IMG/VR virus record: IMGVR_UViG_3300047284_000378
Strand: one strand, 5' to 3'
DNA length: 64,000 nt
DNA from: a virus
How positions within the stretch are numbered: position 1 is the stretch's first letter; every line of letters starts with the position of its first letter. Position numbers and translations under genes: made by a program. Below are positions 17,341 to 25,451 of this stretch, piece by piece. The notes beneath the pieces were generated by a model, which saw only the letters and a program-made list of their open reading frames with translations, was not told the DNA's origin and did not search any database.

Positions 17341-17522
17341 ACAAGCGAATCGCTGATCTAATGCGTAGCAAGGGATTACATAAAAATATAAGTGAAGACT
17401 GTCAACATCGTATGGAGATGTTAGCAGATTTAATCGTATTTGAATGCATAAAACTTGCTGTGTTCAACGGCGATGCGGCAACTGGTCGAGCCATCAAAGA
17501 ACATTTCGGAGTTAAAGAATGA
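17337..17522 (+). CDS. Hypothetical phage protein
   Basis: ATGA coupling; MNKRI...IKEHFGV. Confidence 0.6.
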   Translation: MNKRIADLMRSKGLHKNISEDCQHRMEMLADLIVFECIKLAVFNGDAATGRAIKEHFGVKE

Positions 17523-17923
17523 AAATCGGATTTAGTCTAGGTCGTTGTATTCGAGATATTGTAAACGGAGAAGTTAGCATAGATGATGTAGCATTTCTTA
17601 TCACCGCCACGTATGTCAAAACGTCTGAACAATTAGATAATGTTATTAATAACTATATGTTTGAACGAGGATATCTGCTTGGGCTGGATAATGAAAAATG
17701 TCTAGAGGTAGCTAGACAGCTCTGGGATACTAATCGTATTTTACAACCTCGGGCACAAGGTATGCATCGACATGCTCAACCTGAAAACTCTGTTTGGGTC
17801 GATATCTTTCCTACCACAAACAGTGATAGTGAAGGTGTCAAGAAAGCCTGGGATGCCTATAGATTTATGATACATATGGTAGAGAACGTAGACATGGAGG
17901 CTACGGAAGTGTTTAAAACCTAA
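17519..17923 (+). CDS. Hypothetical phage protein
   Basis: ATGA coupling; MKIGFSLGRCIRDIV. Confidence 0.65.
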   Translation: MKIGFSLGRCIRDIVNGEVSIDDVAFLITATYVKTSEQLDNVINNYMFERGYLLGLDNEKCLEVARQLWDTNRILQPRAQGMHRHAQPENSVWVDIFPTTNSDSEGVKKAWDAYRFMIHMVENVDMEATEVFKT

Positions 17924-17934
17924 GGAGAGCGTAT

Positions 17935-18123
17935 ATGGAGATAAAATCAGGAAGCAGATGGTGGGCCAGTAATGGCGAACAGTTTGTGGTGTTAGCAACA
18001 CCAACTATAGACGGCAATGATTGGGTCTATTACAGGGCTGAAAAACTAAAGAACGAAGAAGTACGAGAATACAGTTGTTATAAAGAAAGTTTTCTAAGTC
18101 GCTTCAGTCCGCTACCAGAATGA
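17935..18123 (+). CDS. Hypothetical protein
   Basis: RBS AAGGAG. Confidence 0.6.
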   Translation: MEIKSGSRWWASNGEQFVVLATPTIDGNDWVYYRAEKLKNEEVREYSCYKESFLSRFSPLPE

Positions 18124-18413
18124 TAAAACTCCGTTTAGAAATCCGCAATCCTTGGAGCAAAGATCGTTTTAAAAATTTGGGCTGTGTCTTTGGTAAAATA
18201 ACCAAACATACAGCCTGGGAATTAGAACATACTTTCTACGACGGTATGCTTGTAGATTTGGATTTTGAATTTACTACTAAACAAGATCATGCAGGAATAA
18301 GATTTAGCTTGGGCGTTTTTGGCTATGCTGTAGGTTTTTCAATCTACGATACTAGACATTGGGATCAAGAAAACAACTGTTGGAAGAAGTACGATGAAAA
18401 AAATATTCTATGA
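18120..18413 (+). CDS. Hypothetical protein
   Basis: ATGA coupling. Confidence 0.6.
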   Translation: MIKLRLEIRNPWSKDRFKNLGCVFGKITKHTAWELEHTFYDGMLVDLDFEFTTKQDHAGIRFSLGVFGYAVGFSIYDTRHWDQENNCWKKYDEKNIL

Positions 18414-18852
18414 AAAAGTCGGTAGAAAGTATGTACCGGTAGCAGAATACGACAGCGACTTCATGGATAGTTTTACTAAAGGTAGTCATTTGGTGATGTC
18501 TTATCCTGGAGGAACTAGTCGTCGTTTTAACATCAATCCTGCATATGCTCCGATGATCGCTGCCGGCCGTGTCGCTGAGGACGCTATCTGTCGAGCTATC
18601 TCAAAGGCTTCGGAACTACGTCCTCCCAGCACTCCTATCACTGAAAATCAAAAAAAGGCGTGGAATGCTTTGTCCGAAGCCTTTGGAGATGAAATCAGTA
18701 CCCTTCGCGGATTGAGTATTCACGACTGTGCAGAAGCAGGCATCAAGGCCATGCAAGAAGAAGCAGATAAACTCATGCAGCACGAAAGTGTACGCAGAGC
18801 CTACGATCATTTTATGTTAATGTGTGAACTTGCCAAGGAACGAAATGTATAA
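18394..18852 (+). CDS. Hypothetical phage protein
   Basis: MKKIFYEKVGRKYVPV start; ORF track. Confidence 0.65.
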   Translation: MKKIFYEKVGRKYVPVAEYDSDFMDSFTKGSHLVMSYPGGTSRRFNINPAYAPMIAAGRVAEDAICRAISKASELRPPSTPITENQKKAWNALSEAFGDEISTLRGLSIHDCAEAGIKAMQEEADKLMQHESVRRAYDHFMLMCELAKERNV

Positions 18853-19066
18853 AACAATCTATACCAGCGTCGAAGTAGATGTTGATCTCTCAGAGTTCGA
18901 CACAGACGATCTCCTCGAAGAGTTGGAAAGCCGTGGTACAGGCGTTACCGACTTCGGAGACGGAAAAGATATCTTATCCGCGATCTATGAAAAACGTCGA
19001 TTAGGTCAAAATTACCAAACAGATCTTGATCAACTTATTTGGCTAGGACTAGGCAAAATCGTATGA
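18845..19066 (+). CDS. Hypothetical acidic protein
   Basis: VEVDVDLSEFDTDDLLEELESRG. Confidence 0.6.
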   Translation: MYKTIYTSVEVDVDLSEFDTDDLLEELESRGTGVTDFGDGKDILSAIYEKRRLGQNYQTDLDQLIWLGLGKIV

Positions 19067-19440
19067 TAGAAATTCTCATATTATTTGCTCTGTTATCGAT
19101 TAAACATTTCATAGTCGATTTTCCTCTTCAGACAAGATTCCAATATTCGAACAAAGGAATCTATGGTCATCTGGGAGGAATCACTCATTCATACTTGCAC
19201 GGACTAGGTACGCTGATCTGTGTCTTTTATTTTGTACCTACTTTATATACTGCGATAATCATTTCGATAATTGATATGGTGCTCCATTATCATATCGATT
19301 GGGCCAAAGTAAAAATCAACAGCCATTATAAATTGGCACCTACTACTCATGAGCAATTTTGGTGGCTTCTGGGTTTTGACCAGCTATTACACTATCTTAC
19401 CTATATCGCTATCATCGGATACATCGCGGGTGTTTTCTAG
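19063..19440 (+). CDS. DUF3307-like membrane protein
   Basis: KHFIVDFPLQ, HS-LHG, HYHIDWAK, GFDQLLH. Confidence 0.75.
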   Translation: MIEILILFALLSIKHFIVDFPLQTRFQYSNKGIYGHLGGITHSYLHGLGTLICVFYFVPTLYTAIIISIIDMVLHYHIDWAKVKINSHYKLAPTTHEQFWWLLGFDQLLHYLTYIAIIGYIAGVF

Positions 19441-19457
19441 TATAAACTGATGCTATT

Positions 19458-20048
19458 ATGATAAGTAATCATAACCAGGAACGCACCGTGAAAAAAATCG
19501 ACGATTTTAACGCTGAAGATAGGGTCAACCTAAAATTACTCGAAAATTCTGTACACTTTCTACAGGGCGAAATAGACGAAGAAACTGTTGGAAATTGTAT
19601 TAAATGGATAACCTACGAGAATTTTGACTCTAGAGAAAAAGTTCTTACTCTATATATTAACTCTATGGGCGGAGATCTTTATCAGGCATTCGCTTTGATA
19701 GATATCATGAACCAGAGCAACCATCCTATACGTGTGATAGGCATAGGTTCTGTGATGAGTGCGGCCTTCCTTATTTTTGCCGCAGGCACAAATGGCCAGA
19801 GGTATGCAGCTAAAAATACCAGTTTTATGATACATCAGTATTCAGACAATCTCAGTGGTAAACATCACGACCTAAAAGCGACCATGCGCGATGGTGAATT
19901 GTGTAATCAAAAAATGGTTGATATACTACGCACAGCAACAGGCTTAGCCCCGTCAAAAATCAAGAGCAAATTGCTGCCTGCCAGTGATGTGTACCTTTCT
20001 GCAGAAGAAGTAATTGAGTTAGGCATAGCAGATCATATATTTGGATAA
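19458..20048 (+). CDS. clpP: ClpP-like protease proteolytic subunit
   Basis: LYINSMGG, GSVMSAA (Ser), MIHQ (His), DVYLSAEE (Asp). Confidence 0.85.
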   Translation: MISNHNQERTVKKIDDFNAEDRVNLKLLENSVHFLQGEIDEETVGNCIKWITYENFDSREKVLTLYINSMGGDLYQAFALIDIMNQSNHPIRVIGIGSVMSAAFLIFAAGTNGQRYAAKNTSFMIHQYSDNLSGKHHDLKATMRDGELCNQKMVDILRTATGLAPSKIKSKLLPASDVYLSAEEVIELGIADHIFG

Positions 20049-20051
20049 ATT

Positions 20052-20288
20052 ATGAAAGTTATCAGTATCAATAACGAAACACAAGATAAACGCAAACAGG
20101 ATATGCTAGAGGTGATAGACTATGTCAGGGATTTAGTAGAAAAAGGCGAAATCAAAGAATTCGTGGCTGCTAGTATGGACGCTGACGGAACCGCGCAAAT
20201 TCACGTTTCTGCCCTGGATTTACCTGGTAGTATTGGGCTTTTTGAGATAGGAAAACACCTATTAATCGCACAAGAATCCGGTATTTGA
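20052..20288 (+). CDS. Hypothetical protein
   Basis: ORF track. Confidence 0.6.
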   Translation: MKVISINNETQDKRKQDMLEVIDYVRDLVEKGEIKEFVAASMDADGTAQIHVSALDLPGSIGLFEIGKHLLIAQESGI

Positions 20289-20301
20289 AAGTTTCGAATA
20301 A

Positions 20302-20308
20302 ATAAATA
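20302..20308 (+). promoter_or_regulatory. T4-late-like promoter motif ATAAATA
   Basis: Upstream of the ferritin-like pair. Confidence 0.55.
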
Positions 20309-20345
20309 TCATAAGCATTCATGCTTTAATTTAGGAGAAATTTTC

Positions 20346-21095
20346 ATGCAGATGACCGGTGAACAATTCGTAGAAGAACTATGGGAAGAGAACCAAGTTC
20401 TTTACAAAGCAAGCCAAATTCAAATCAAGGCTTTCTATGACAGTAACCCCAGCAAGGAAAAACTATACAATAACTTCGTGCGTAGAATGGTCAACGAGCG
20501 TATGAACATGGTTGAAATCGCCAAAGCCATCGCAGCAGCACCATTAGACAAGGATCCAAAAGAACTTGTTTCATTGGCTAAGCAGATGTTAGACGAAGCC
20601 AATCATTATCGTATGGTTTTTGATATCGTTCCTTACGTCAGTGGTTACGATGTTGATCTTGCTACAGCAGTTCCAACAGAACTAGCAGATCTAAAGACCA
20701 AAGGCGCTCGCGTAGCAGAAAGATATAACTGCGAGAACGATCCAATCGCTCTAGCACTATATCAAGCTATCGTTGAAGGCCACGCTAGCTGCAACTGGCA
20801 AGTTATGGCAGATTCTTTAACTGACCCTGTTCTAAGCACAACATATGCTAAGATCGCAGCAGACGAGAGATTTCATGCTAAGTTAGGTAAGACCAGCCTA
20901 GCAAAGATGCTAGACACAGAAGAAAAGCAGCAGTATGCTCGTGAACTAGCAAAGAAAATGAGAAAAGATCTTTATGACATCAACTGTGGTGGTAACATCG
21001 CTATTGAAGAAAGTCGTAAAATGATCCAAGAGTACTACGGTGAAGATTGGATTGCTGGCAAGCATGAGACTGTAGAACTAAAAGCAATTTATTAA
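20346..21095 (+). CDS. Ferritin-like diiron protein A
   Basis: E(RMN)...DEANHY...VEG...DERFH = E-ExxH-E-ExxH ligand set; RBS AGGAG. Confidence 0.75.
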   Translation: MQMTGEQFVEELWEENQVLYKASQIQIKAFYDSNPSKEKLYNNFVRRMVNERMNMVEIAKAIAAAPLDKDPKELVSLAKQMLDEANHYRMVFDIVPYVSGYDVDLATAVPTELADLKTKGARVAERYNCENDPIALALYQAIVEGHASCNWQVMADSLTDPVLSTTYAKIAADERFHAKLGKTSLAKMLDTEEKQQYARELAKKMRKDLYDINCGGNIAIEESRKMIQEYYGEDWIAGKHETVELKAIY

Positions 21096-21114
21096 TCATA
21101 GAGGAACCATTATT

Positions 21115-21888
21115 ATGATCAAGTATGATACAGCAGAACTAGAAAAGATGGTATCCGATGGCTCTGAGTTTAGCGCAGATGTAAAAGAGTTTGTTGCTAA
21201 AATCGAAGCAGACAGCGAAGCTCTTTTCCAAGCTTCTGAAGCACAAGTAGAAGCATATTACAAGAGTGTTTCTGACAAGAAGCAATTGGCCAAGCACTTC
21301 CAAGGTCGTATGGTTTGTGAAAGAATGAACCTTATCGAAATCTGCAACACCATCGCTAATGCTCCAGTTGACATGGATCCAAAAGAGCTACAGCTTCTAA
21401 GCAAGCAGGCTCTAGACGAAGCCAATCACTTCCGTATGGTAAAAGGTGTAGTAGAGTACCTAGGTGGTGAGCCAGTTGACGTAGAGGCAGCTGTCGAGTT
21501 CGAACTAAACAAGAACAAAGACATCAAGGGTGCAAAACTATTAGAGAAGTACAACTGCCAGAATGATGAAATCGCCCTAGGCGTATATCAACTCCTAGCA
21601 GAAGGCCGCGCAGCACGTAACTGGGCTATGATGGCTAAGACTGTTGAAGATCAGTTCATCGCAGAAACATATGCAAAAATTGCTAAGGATGAAAAATTCC
21701 ATAGCCAATTAGGTCGTCGTAGACTAATGCAGTTATGCGATACAATTGAAAAGCAACAACACGCTCTAAGTATTGCTGCTCAGATGCGTTTGGACCTTTT
21801 CGACATCAACTGCAAGAACACAGTTGAGTTAGAAAGCAGCCTTCAGTTGATGAAGGATGCCTACGGTTACGAGAAAACTACTGCCTAA
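21115..21888 (+). CDS. Ferritin-like diiron protein B (paralogue of A)
   Basis: E(RMN)...DEANHF...AEG...DEKFH; RBS GAGGA. Confidence 0.75.
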   Translation: MIKYDTAELEKMVSDGSEFSADVKEFVAKIEADSEALFQASEAQVEAYYKSVSDKKQLAKHFQGRMVCERMNLIEICNTIANAPVDMDPKELQLLSKQALDEANHFRMVKGVVEYLGGEPVDVEAAVEFELNKNKDIKGAKLLEKYNCQNDEIALGVYQLLAEGRAARNWAMMAKTVEDQFIAETYAKIAKDEKFHSQLGRRRLMQLCDTIEKQQHALSIAAQMRLDLFDINCKNTVELESSLQLMKDAYGYEKTTA

Positions 21889-21900
21889 ATAGGATATCGC

Positions 21901-22494
21901 GTGAAAATAGCTATCAGCCAATCTGAATATCACCTCGGAAACAGCGAACTAGCTCATGATTGCTTAACACAGGATTGGTATAGTTTCGTGGGACACCACG
22001 AAATTATACCTGTTCCTAATATCAATAGCGATACTTTCCATAATTTCGATATGTTGATCCTCAGCGGAGGCAATGCCACTGCTGCGAGATCTCGTACCGA
22101 AGCAGGCTTATTTAATTACGCAGTAAAAAATAACATACCAGTGCTAGGTGTATGCCATGGCGCTTTCTTCATCGCACAGTTGACCGGTGCCGAAGTCGTA
22201 GATATCGAAGGTCACAGAAACGTAGAACACATCGTCAAGCTCGACGGCAGAAACGTCATAGTCAATAGCTTCCACGGCAGTACCATAACTAAACTAGGCC
22301 AAGACTACGATGCCATCGCAGTTGACACTGAAGGTTACATAGAAGGTTTTAAGCACAAAGAAAAACCAATCTGGGGTCTAATCTGGCATCCAGAACGTCA
22401 AGAAGTTCCTATGTTGCCCGAAGACCTAGATAAGCTTCTACAGGTCAATGATAGAATATTCAATCAAAATTTTGATTGGATGGACGCTCTATAA
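21901..22494 (+). CDS. Class I glutamine amidotransferase / PuuD-like gamma-glutamyl hydrolase (peptidase C26)
   Basis: LILSGG, PVLGVCHG, VNSFH, WHPE. Confidence 0.85.
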   Translation: MKIAISQSEYHLGNSELAHDCLTQDWYSFVGHHEIIPVPNINSDTFHNFDMLILSGGNATAARSRTEAGLFNYAVKNNIPVLGVCHGAFFIAQLTGAEVVDIEGHRNVEHIVKLDGRNVIVNSFHGSTITKLGQDYDAIAVDTEGYIEGFKHKEKPIWGLIWHPERQEVPMLPEDLDKLLQVNDRIFNQNFDWMDAL

Positions 22495-22521
22495 TTTTTT
22501 TTCCTCCTCCTATAATACTTC

Positions 22522-22528
22522 ATAAATA
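22522..22528 (+). promoter_or_regulatory. T4-late-like promoter motif ATAAATA
   Basis: Upstream of the sulfotransferase-like gene. Confidence 0.5.
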
Positions 22529-22551
22529 CTTGCCTAACTAAAAGGTATCGT

Positions 22552-23181
22552 ATGCTTCCCAAAAGAATTTTTTTTACAGGTGTTCCTGGTAGTCGTTGGA
22601 GTGGTCTGGCCCAACATATCGAATCAAATGTTCCAGGGATGAATATTTCAGATAGAAACGACGAAAGAGAATTCGCTCATTGCGTAGCACACTCAGGGAT
22701 GCCTGCAGGACACAAAGGTGCATATTTCGGAACAGGCATGGAATATGCGGCCAAGTTAGAAGATGCAGATTATCTAGACAGTCCCTGGAAAACTCCAGGT
22801 GGTACTAGAATTGTAAAGAGCCACGAGTGGGCTTTCCAGCTCGATCGTATCAAAGAGATGTATCCGGAAGATTGGATCGTCTTGGTATATCGTCCCGACG
22901 AAGTCAGCAGTGCTTGGTGGCATCAGATCGGTGGATTCACTATCAAGTATCCAAACTATGATCATTATGTAGACAGCATCGGGATGAATCACAATATCAG
23001 ACTGATGAACATCGAAATCCTCAAGTATGCCAAGAAGCACGATGCTAGATGGTATCATATCGGTCAGAAATTTTTCAAGGAAGTATTCGGAGTCGATGTA
23101 CCTTGGTTTCCAGACTTCTTTCACGATGTGATGGTAACCGCTATCCCTAATAGCACCAAATGTGGCGAAAAAGCCACATAA
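22552..23181 (+). CDS. Sulfotransferase-fold protein (TGxPGSxWS family)
   Basis: FTGVPGSRWS, RIVKSHEW, LVYRPDEVS. Confidence 0.6.
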   Translation: MLPKRIFFTGVPGSRWSGLAQHIESNVPGMNISDRNDEREFAHCVAHSGMPAGHKGAYFGTGMEYAAKLEDADYLDSPWKTPGGTRIVKSHEWAFQLDRIKEMYPEDWIVLVYRPDEVSSAWWHQIGGFTIKYPNYDHYVDSIGMNHNIRLMNIEILKYAKKHDARWYHIGQKFFKEVFGVDVPWFPDFFHDVMVTAIPNSTKCGEKAT

Positions 23182-23197
23182 ACTGCTGATATTTTTC

Positions 23198-23226
23198 TTG
23201 ACATATAAATAAACTGACTATACAAT
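23198..23226 (+). promoter_or_regulatory. sigma70-type promoter
   Basis: TTGACA-17-TACAAT. Confidence 0.75.
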
Positions 23227-23284
23227 AGATAGACTTGTTAGAGATGCAATAACCCTTAGGGTTAGTCAATTTTACCAAAAGTGG

Positions 23285-23313
23285 TTGACAGCAGAACTAA
23301 TTAAGTATATAAT
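23285..23313 (+). promoter_or_regulatory. sigma70-type promoter driving leader and tRNA island
   Basis: TTGACA-17-TATAAT. Confidence 0.85.
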
Positions 23314-23364
23314 AGACACATGAGTTAGGAATTCTCCTAACAATTTAAGGAAACAGAGAAGCAA

Positions 23365-23505
23365 ATGAAAGCAACGTCGTTACATAGACAAGTTAAACAC
23401 ATAGCCCAGTTGGGAGGCTTTATGCCCTCTTATTGGTCAGTATGTGAGATTAGTCTATCTAATGATCGTACACCAGAATCGGGGTCCGCGGAGATCATGA
23501 GTTAA
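23365..23505 (+). CDS. Putative leader peptide (46 aa)
   Basis: MKATSLHRQVKHIAQLGGFMPSYWSVCEISLSNDRTPESGSAEIMS; AAGGA upstream; precedes terminator. Confidence 0.55.
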   Translation: MKATSLHRQVKHIAQLGGFMPSYWSVCEISLSNDRTPESGSAEIMS

Positions 23506-23532
23506 CCGTAAAGTAAACTCAAACTTCAAAGG

Positions 23533-23565
23533 ACCCCAGGATTAAAAACCCTGGGGTTTTTGTTT
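23533..23565 (+). terminator. Intrinsic terminator of putative attenuator
   Basis: ACCCCAGG-loop-CCTGGGGT followed by TTTTTGTTT. Confidence 0.85.
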
Positions 23566-23579
23566 GTTAAAAGGAAAAA

Positions 23580-23762
23580 ATGGAACACAAAGAAATTGAT
23601 TACACTAAATTGAACAAAAAAATCGTTGAACAGGCTTACGTGTCTGCTTATACTCTAAGTGATGAACAGACACGCAAACTTATTCAAGATAAGTTTGATC
23701 GAGCCCAAAAGCTCAGAGATGCCTTAGAGAAGAGTAATCTTCTCTGGCATACTGATCGATAA
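23580..23762 (+). CDS. Hypothetical protein (first gene after attenuator)
   Basis: RBS AAAGGA; 60 aa. Confidence 0.6.
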   Translation: MEHKEIDYTKLNKKIVEQAYVSAYTLSDEQTRKLIQDKFDRAQKLRDALEKSNLLWHTDR

Positions 23763-23764
23763 GG

Positions 23765-24005
23765 TTCAGCGGTAAAGTGCGATAGGGAACGCGACCCTGC
23801 AGGGCACTCTAAACATCCTGCTACTAATGTGGGCGGCCTACCTGATGGTAAGTCTAGGGCGATAACCTAGATGTGTAAAACGGTAGCGTATTAAAGTATA
23901 TTGCCGAACAGTCAAATGGCGCAAGCCGATGAGCAGTATACTTTAATACACACTCTTCTTTCGCCTTACGACGGCGTCAAAAAGCATAGCGGAGAGTGTT
24001 ACAAA
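23765..24005 (+). ncRNA. Unassigned structured RNA(s)
   Basis: Hairpins AGTGC/GCACT, TCTAGG/CCTAGA, 17-bp GTATTAAAGTATATTGC/GCAGTATACTTTAATAC, ACACTCT/AGAGTGT; no ORF. Confidence 0.5.
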
Positions 24006-24009
24006 TCAT

Positions 24010-24098
24010 GGAGCTTGATCCCTACGGCGGACTGTAAATCCGTTGCCTTAATATGTAGGGTGGCTGGCAATTAGGTTCGATTCCTTCAGGCTCCACCA
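24010..24098 (+). tRNA. tRNA-Tyr(GTA), aberrant 9/3 fold without a canonical D-arm
   Basis: GCGGA-CTGTAAA-TCCGT anticodon arm; 9-bp acceptor; AGG-TTCGATT-CCT; ACCA end. Confidence 0.7.
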
Positions 24099-24107
24099 AA
24101 ATTTAGG

Positions 24108-24136
24108 TTGACATTTTTTGAGTTTGGTGCTATACT
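24108..24136 (+). promoter_or_regulatory. sigma70-type promoter
   Basis: TTGACA-17-TATACT with TG extension. Confidence 0.8.
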
Positions 24137-24169
24137 AATAACACTGAGAAACTTAGAAAAGGTTCCAAA

Positions 24170-24364
24170 ATGCAAGTTCATCGAGTATTTGTTGAAGTTG
24201 GTTATTATGCAGGCGGTGGCACCGATGGTGCTTTTATCTCCGAAACTATTAACCATTTCGAAACTACAGTTAATGCTAATTCTTCAGGTGACGCTGTTAG
24301 GATTGCACAGGCTCAATTCGGTGGTCAAGAACGTTGTCGCGTAACCTATCGCGGCACGATGTAA
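24170..24364 (+). CDS. Hypothetical protein
   Basis: 64 aa ORF between promoter and tRNAs. Confidence 0.6.
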   Translation: MQVHRVFVEVGYYAGGGTDGAFISETINHFETTVNANSSGDAVRIAQAQFGGQERCRVTYRGTM

Positions 24365-24369
24365 GATTT

Positions 24370-24444
24370 GGTCTCAAAGTGTTCATGGACGCACACGACA
24401 CTGTCACTGTCGAAGAAGGGGATCGTTACCCCTTGGGACCGCCA
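24370..24444 (+). tRNA. tRNA-Asp(GTC)
   Basis: Cloverleaf, CGACA-CTGTCAC-TGTCG, CCA. Confidence 0.9.
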
Positions 24445-24453
24445 AAGTTTTAT

Positions 24454-24528
24454 TCCAGAGTAGCACAGCGGCAGTGCAGTTGACTGTTAATCAATTGGTC
24501 GGTGGTTCGATCCCACCCTCTGGAGCCA
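24454..24528 (+). tRNA. tRNA-Asn(GTT)
   Basis: Cloverleaf, CCA. Confidence 0.95.
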
Positions 24529-24533
24529 GTTTT

Positions 24534-24608
24534 GCACCGTTCGTCTATCGGTTAGGACACCCGCCTTTCACGCAGGTAAGAGGAGTTCGATTCTCCTACG
24601 GTGTACCA
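24534..24608 (+). tRNA. tRNA-Glu(TTC)
   Basis: Cloverleaf, CCA. Confidence 0.9.
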
Positions 24609-24616
24609 GTTTTATT

Positions 24617-24692
24617 GCGGGAGTAGCTCAGTTGGTAGAGCGCAACCTTGCCAAGGTTGAGGTCGCGAGTTCGAGACTCGTCTCCCGCTCCA
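24617..24692 (+). tRNA. tRNA-Gly(GCC)
   Basis: Canonical cloverleaf. Confidence 0.95.
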
Positions 24693-24694
24693 TT

Positions 24695-24768
24695 ATCTCG
24701 GTGGTGTAATGGCAGCATAGCAGTCTCCAAAACTGTTTGTGGGGGTTCGAGTCCCTCCCGGGATGCCA
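24695..24768 (+). tRNA. tRNA-Trp(CCA)
   Basis: Cloverleaf; U11-A24 pair; G27-U43. Confidence 0.92.
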
Positions 24769-24780
24769 ATAATTCAATAT

Positions 24781-24858
24781 GCACAGGTGGCAGAGAGGCC
24801 CAATGCAAGAGTCTGCAAAACTCTAAAACCGTCGGTTCGAATCCGACCCTGTGCTCCA
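24781..24858 (+). tRNA. tRNA-Cys(GCA)
   Basis: Cloverleaf, U73, CCA. Confidence 0.92.
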
Positions 24859-24865
24859 AGTTTAT

Positions 24866-24965
24866 GCCTCTGTAGCTTAATTGGTAAAGACGCGAGCTTA
24901 TACCTCGCCAAAGCACCGGCCAGATAAGCCGGCGTGTGCAGGTTCGAGTCCTGCCAGAGGCACCA
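24866..24965 (+). tRNA. tRNA with TAT anticodon (Ile?) and very long variable arm
   Basis: GCGAG-CTTATAC-CTCGC; ~30-nt V region with CCGGC/GCCGG stem; A73. Confidence 0.8.
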
Positions 24966-24970
24966 TATAT

Positions 24971-25049
24971 ACCCCTATGGACAAATTGGTAAAGTCGTCT
25001 CTCTCAAAAGGAGAAGTTGTTCTCCGTTCGAATCGGAGTAGGGGTACCA
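24971..25049 (+). tRNA. tRNA-Leu(CAA), short variable region
   Basis: Cloverleaf, CCA. Confidence 0.88.
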
Positions 25050-25055
25050 AGTTAA

Positions 25056-25147
25056 GGAAGCGTGGCAGAGTCTGGTTTATTGCACCGGTCTTGAAAACCG
25101 ACGTCTTAGAAATAGGGCCGTGAGTTCGAATCTCACCGCTTCCACCA
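25056..25147 (+). tRNA. tRNA-Ser(TGA)
   Basis: Cloverleaf with long V-arm. Confidence 0.92.
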
Positions 25148-25162
25148 TATAAGGAGATAGTC

Positions 25163-25357
25163 ATGGAAGTCAGCGCAGTTACCTATTACGGTTGGAGAGA
25201 CGGTTTCCAAACAGTAGAAAAACGCACTACCTACGATTATCCCAAGAGCAATGATGTTACCGTAGTCGAACATAGATCCTATCAGATTACGCTGTATACT
25301 GATAAAGGAACTTTAGAAACACATAATCGTGGTAGCAACATTGACCAGATGGTATAA
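25163..25357 (+). CDS. Hypothetical protein
   Basis: RBS AAGGAG; ends just before tRNA-Ile. Confidence 0.6.
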   Translation: MEVSAVTYYGWRDGFQTVEKRTTYDYPKSNDVTVVEHRSYQITLYTDKGTLETHNRGSNIDQMV

Positions 25358-25358
25358 T

Positions 25359-25434
25359 GCCTGTTTAGCTCAATCGGGAGAGCATCGTCTTGATAAGGCG
25401 GAGGTACCAGGATCGAAACCTGGAACAGGCACCA
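25359..25434 (+). tRNA. tRNA-Ile(GAT)
   Basis: Cloverleaf, CCA. Confidence 0.92.
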
Positions 25435-25451
25435 TTATAAGGAGAAATCAA

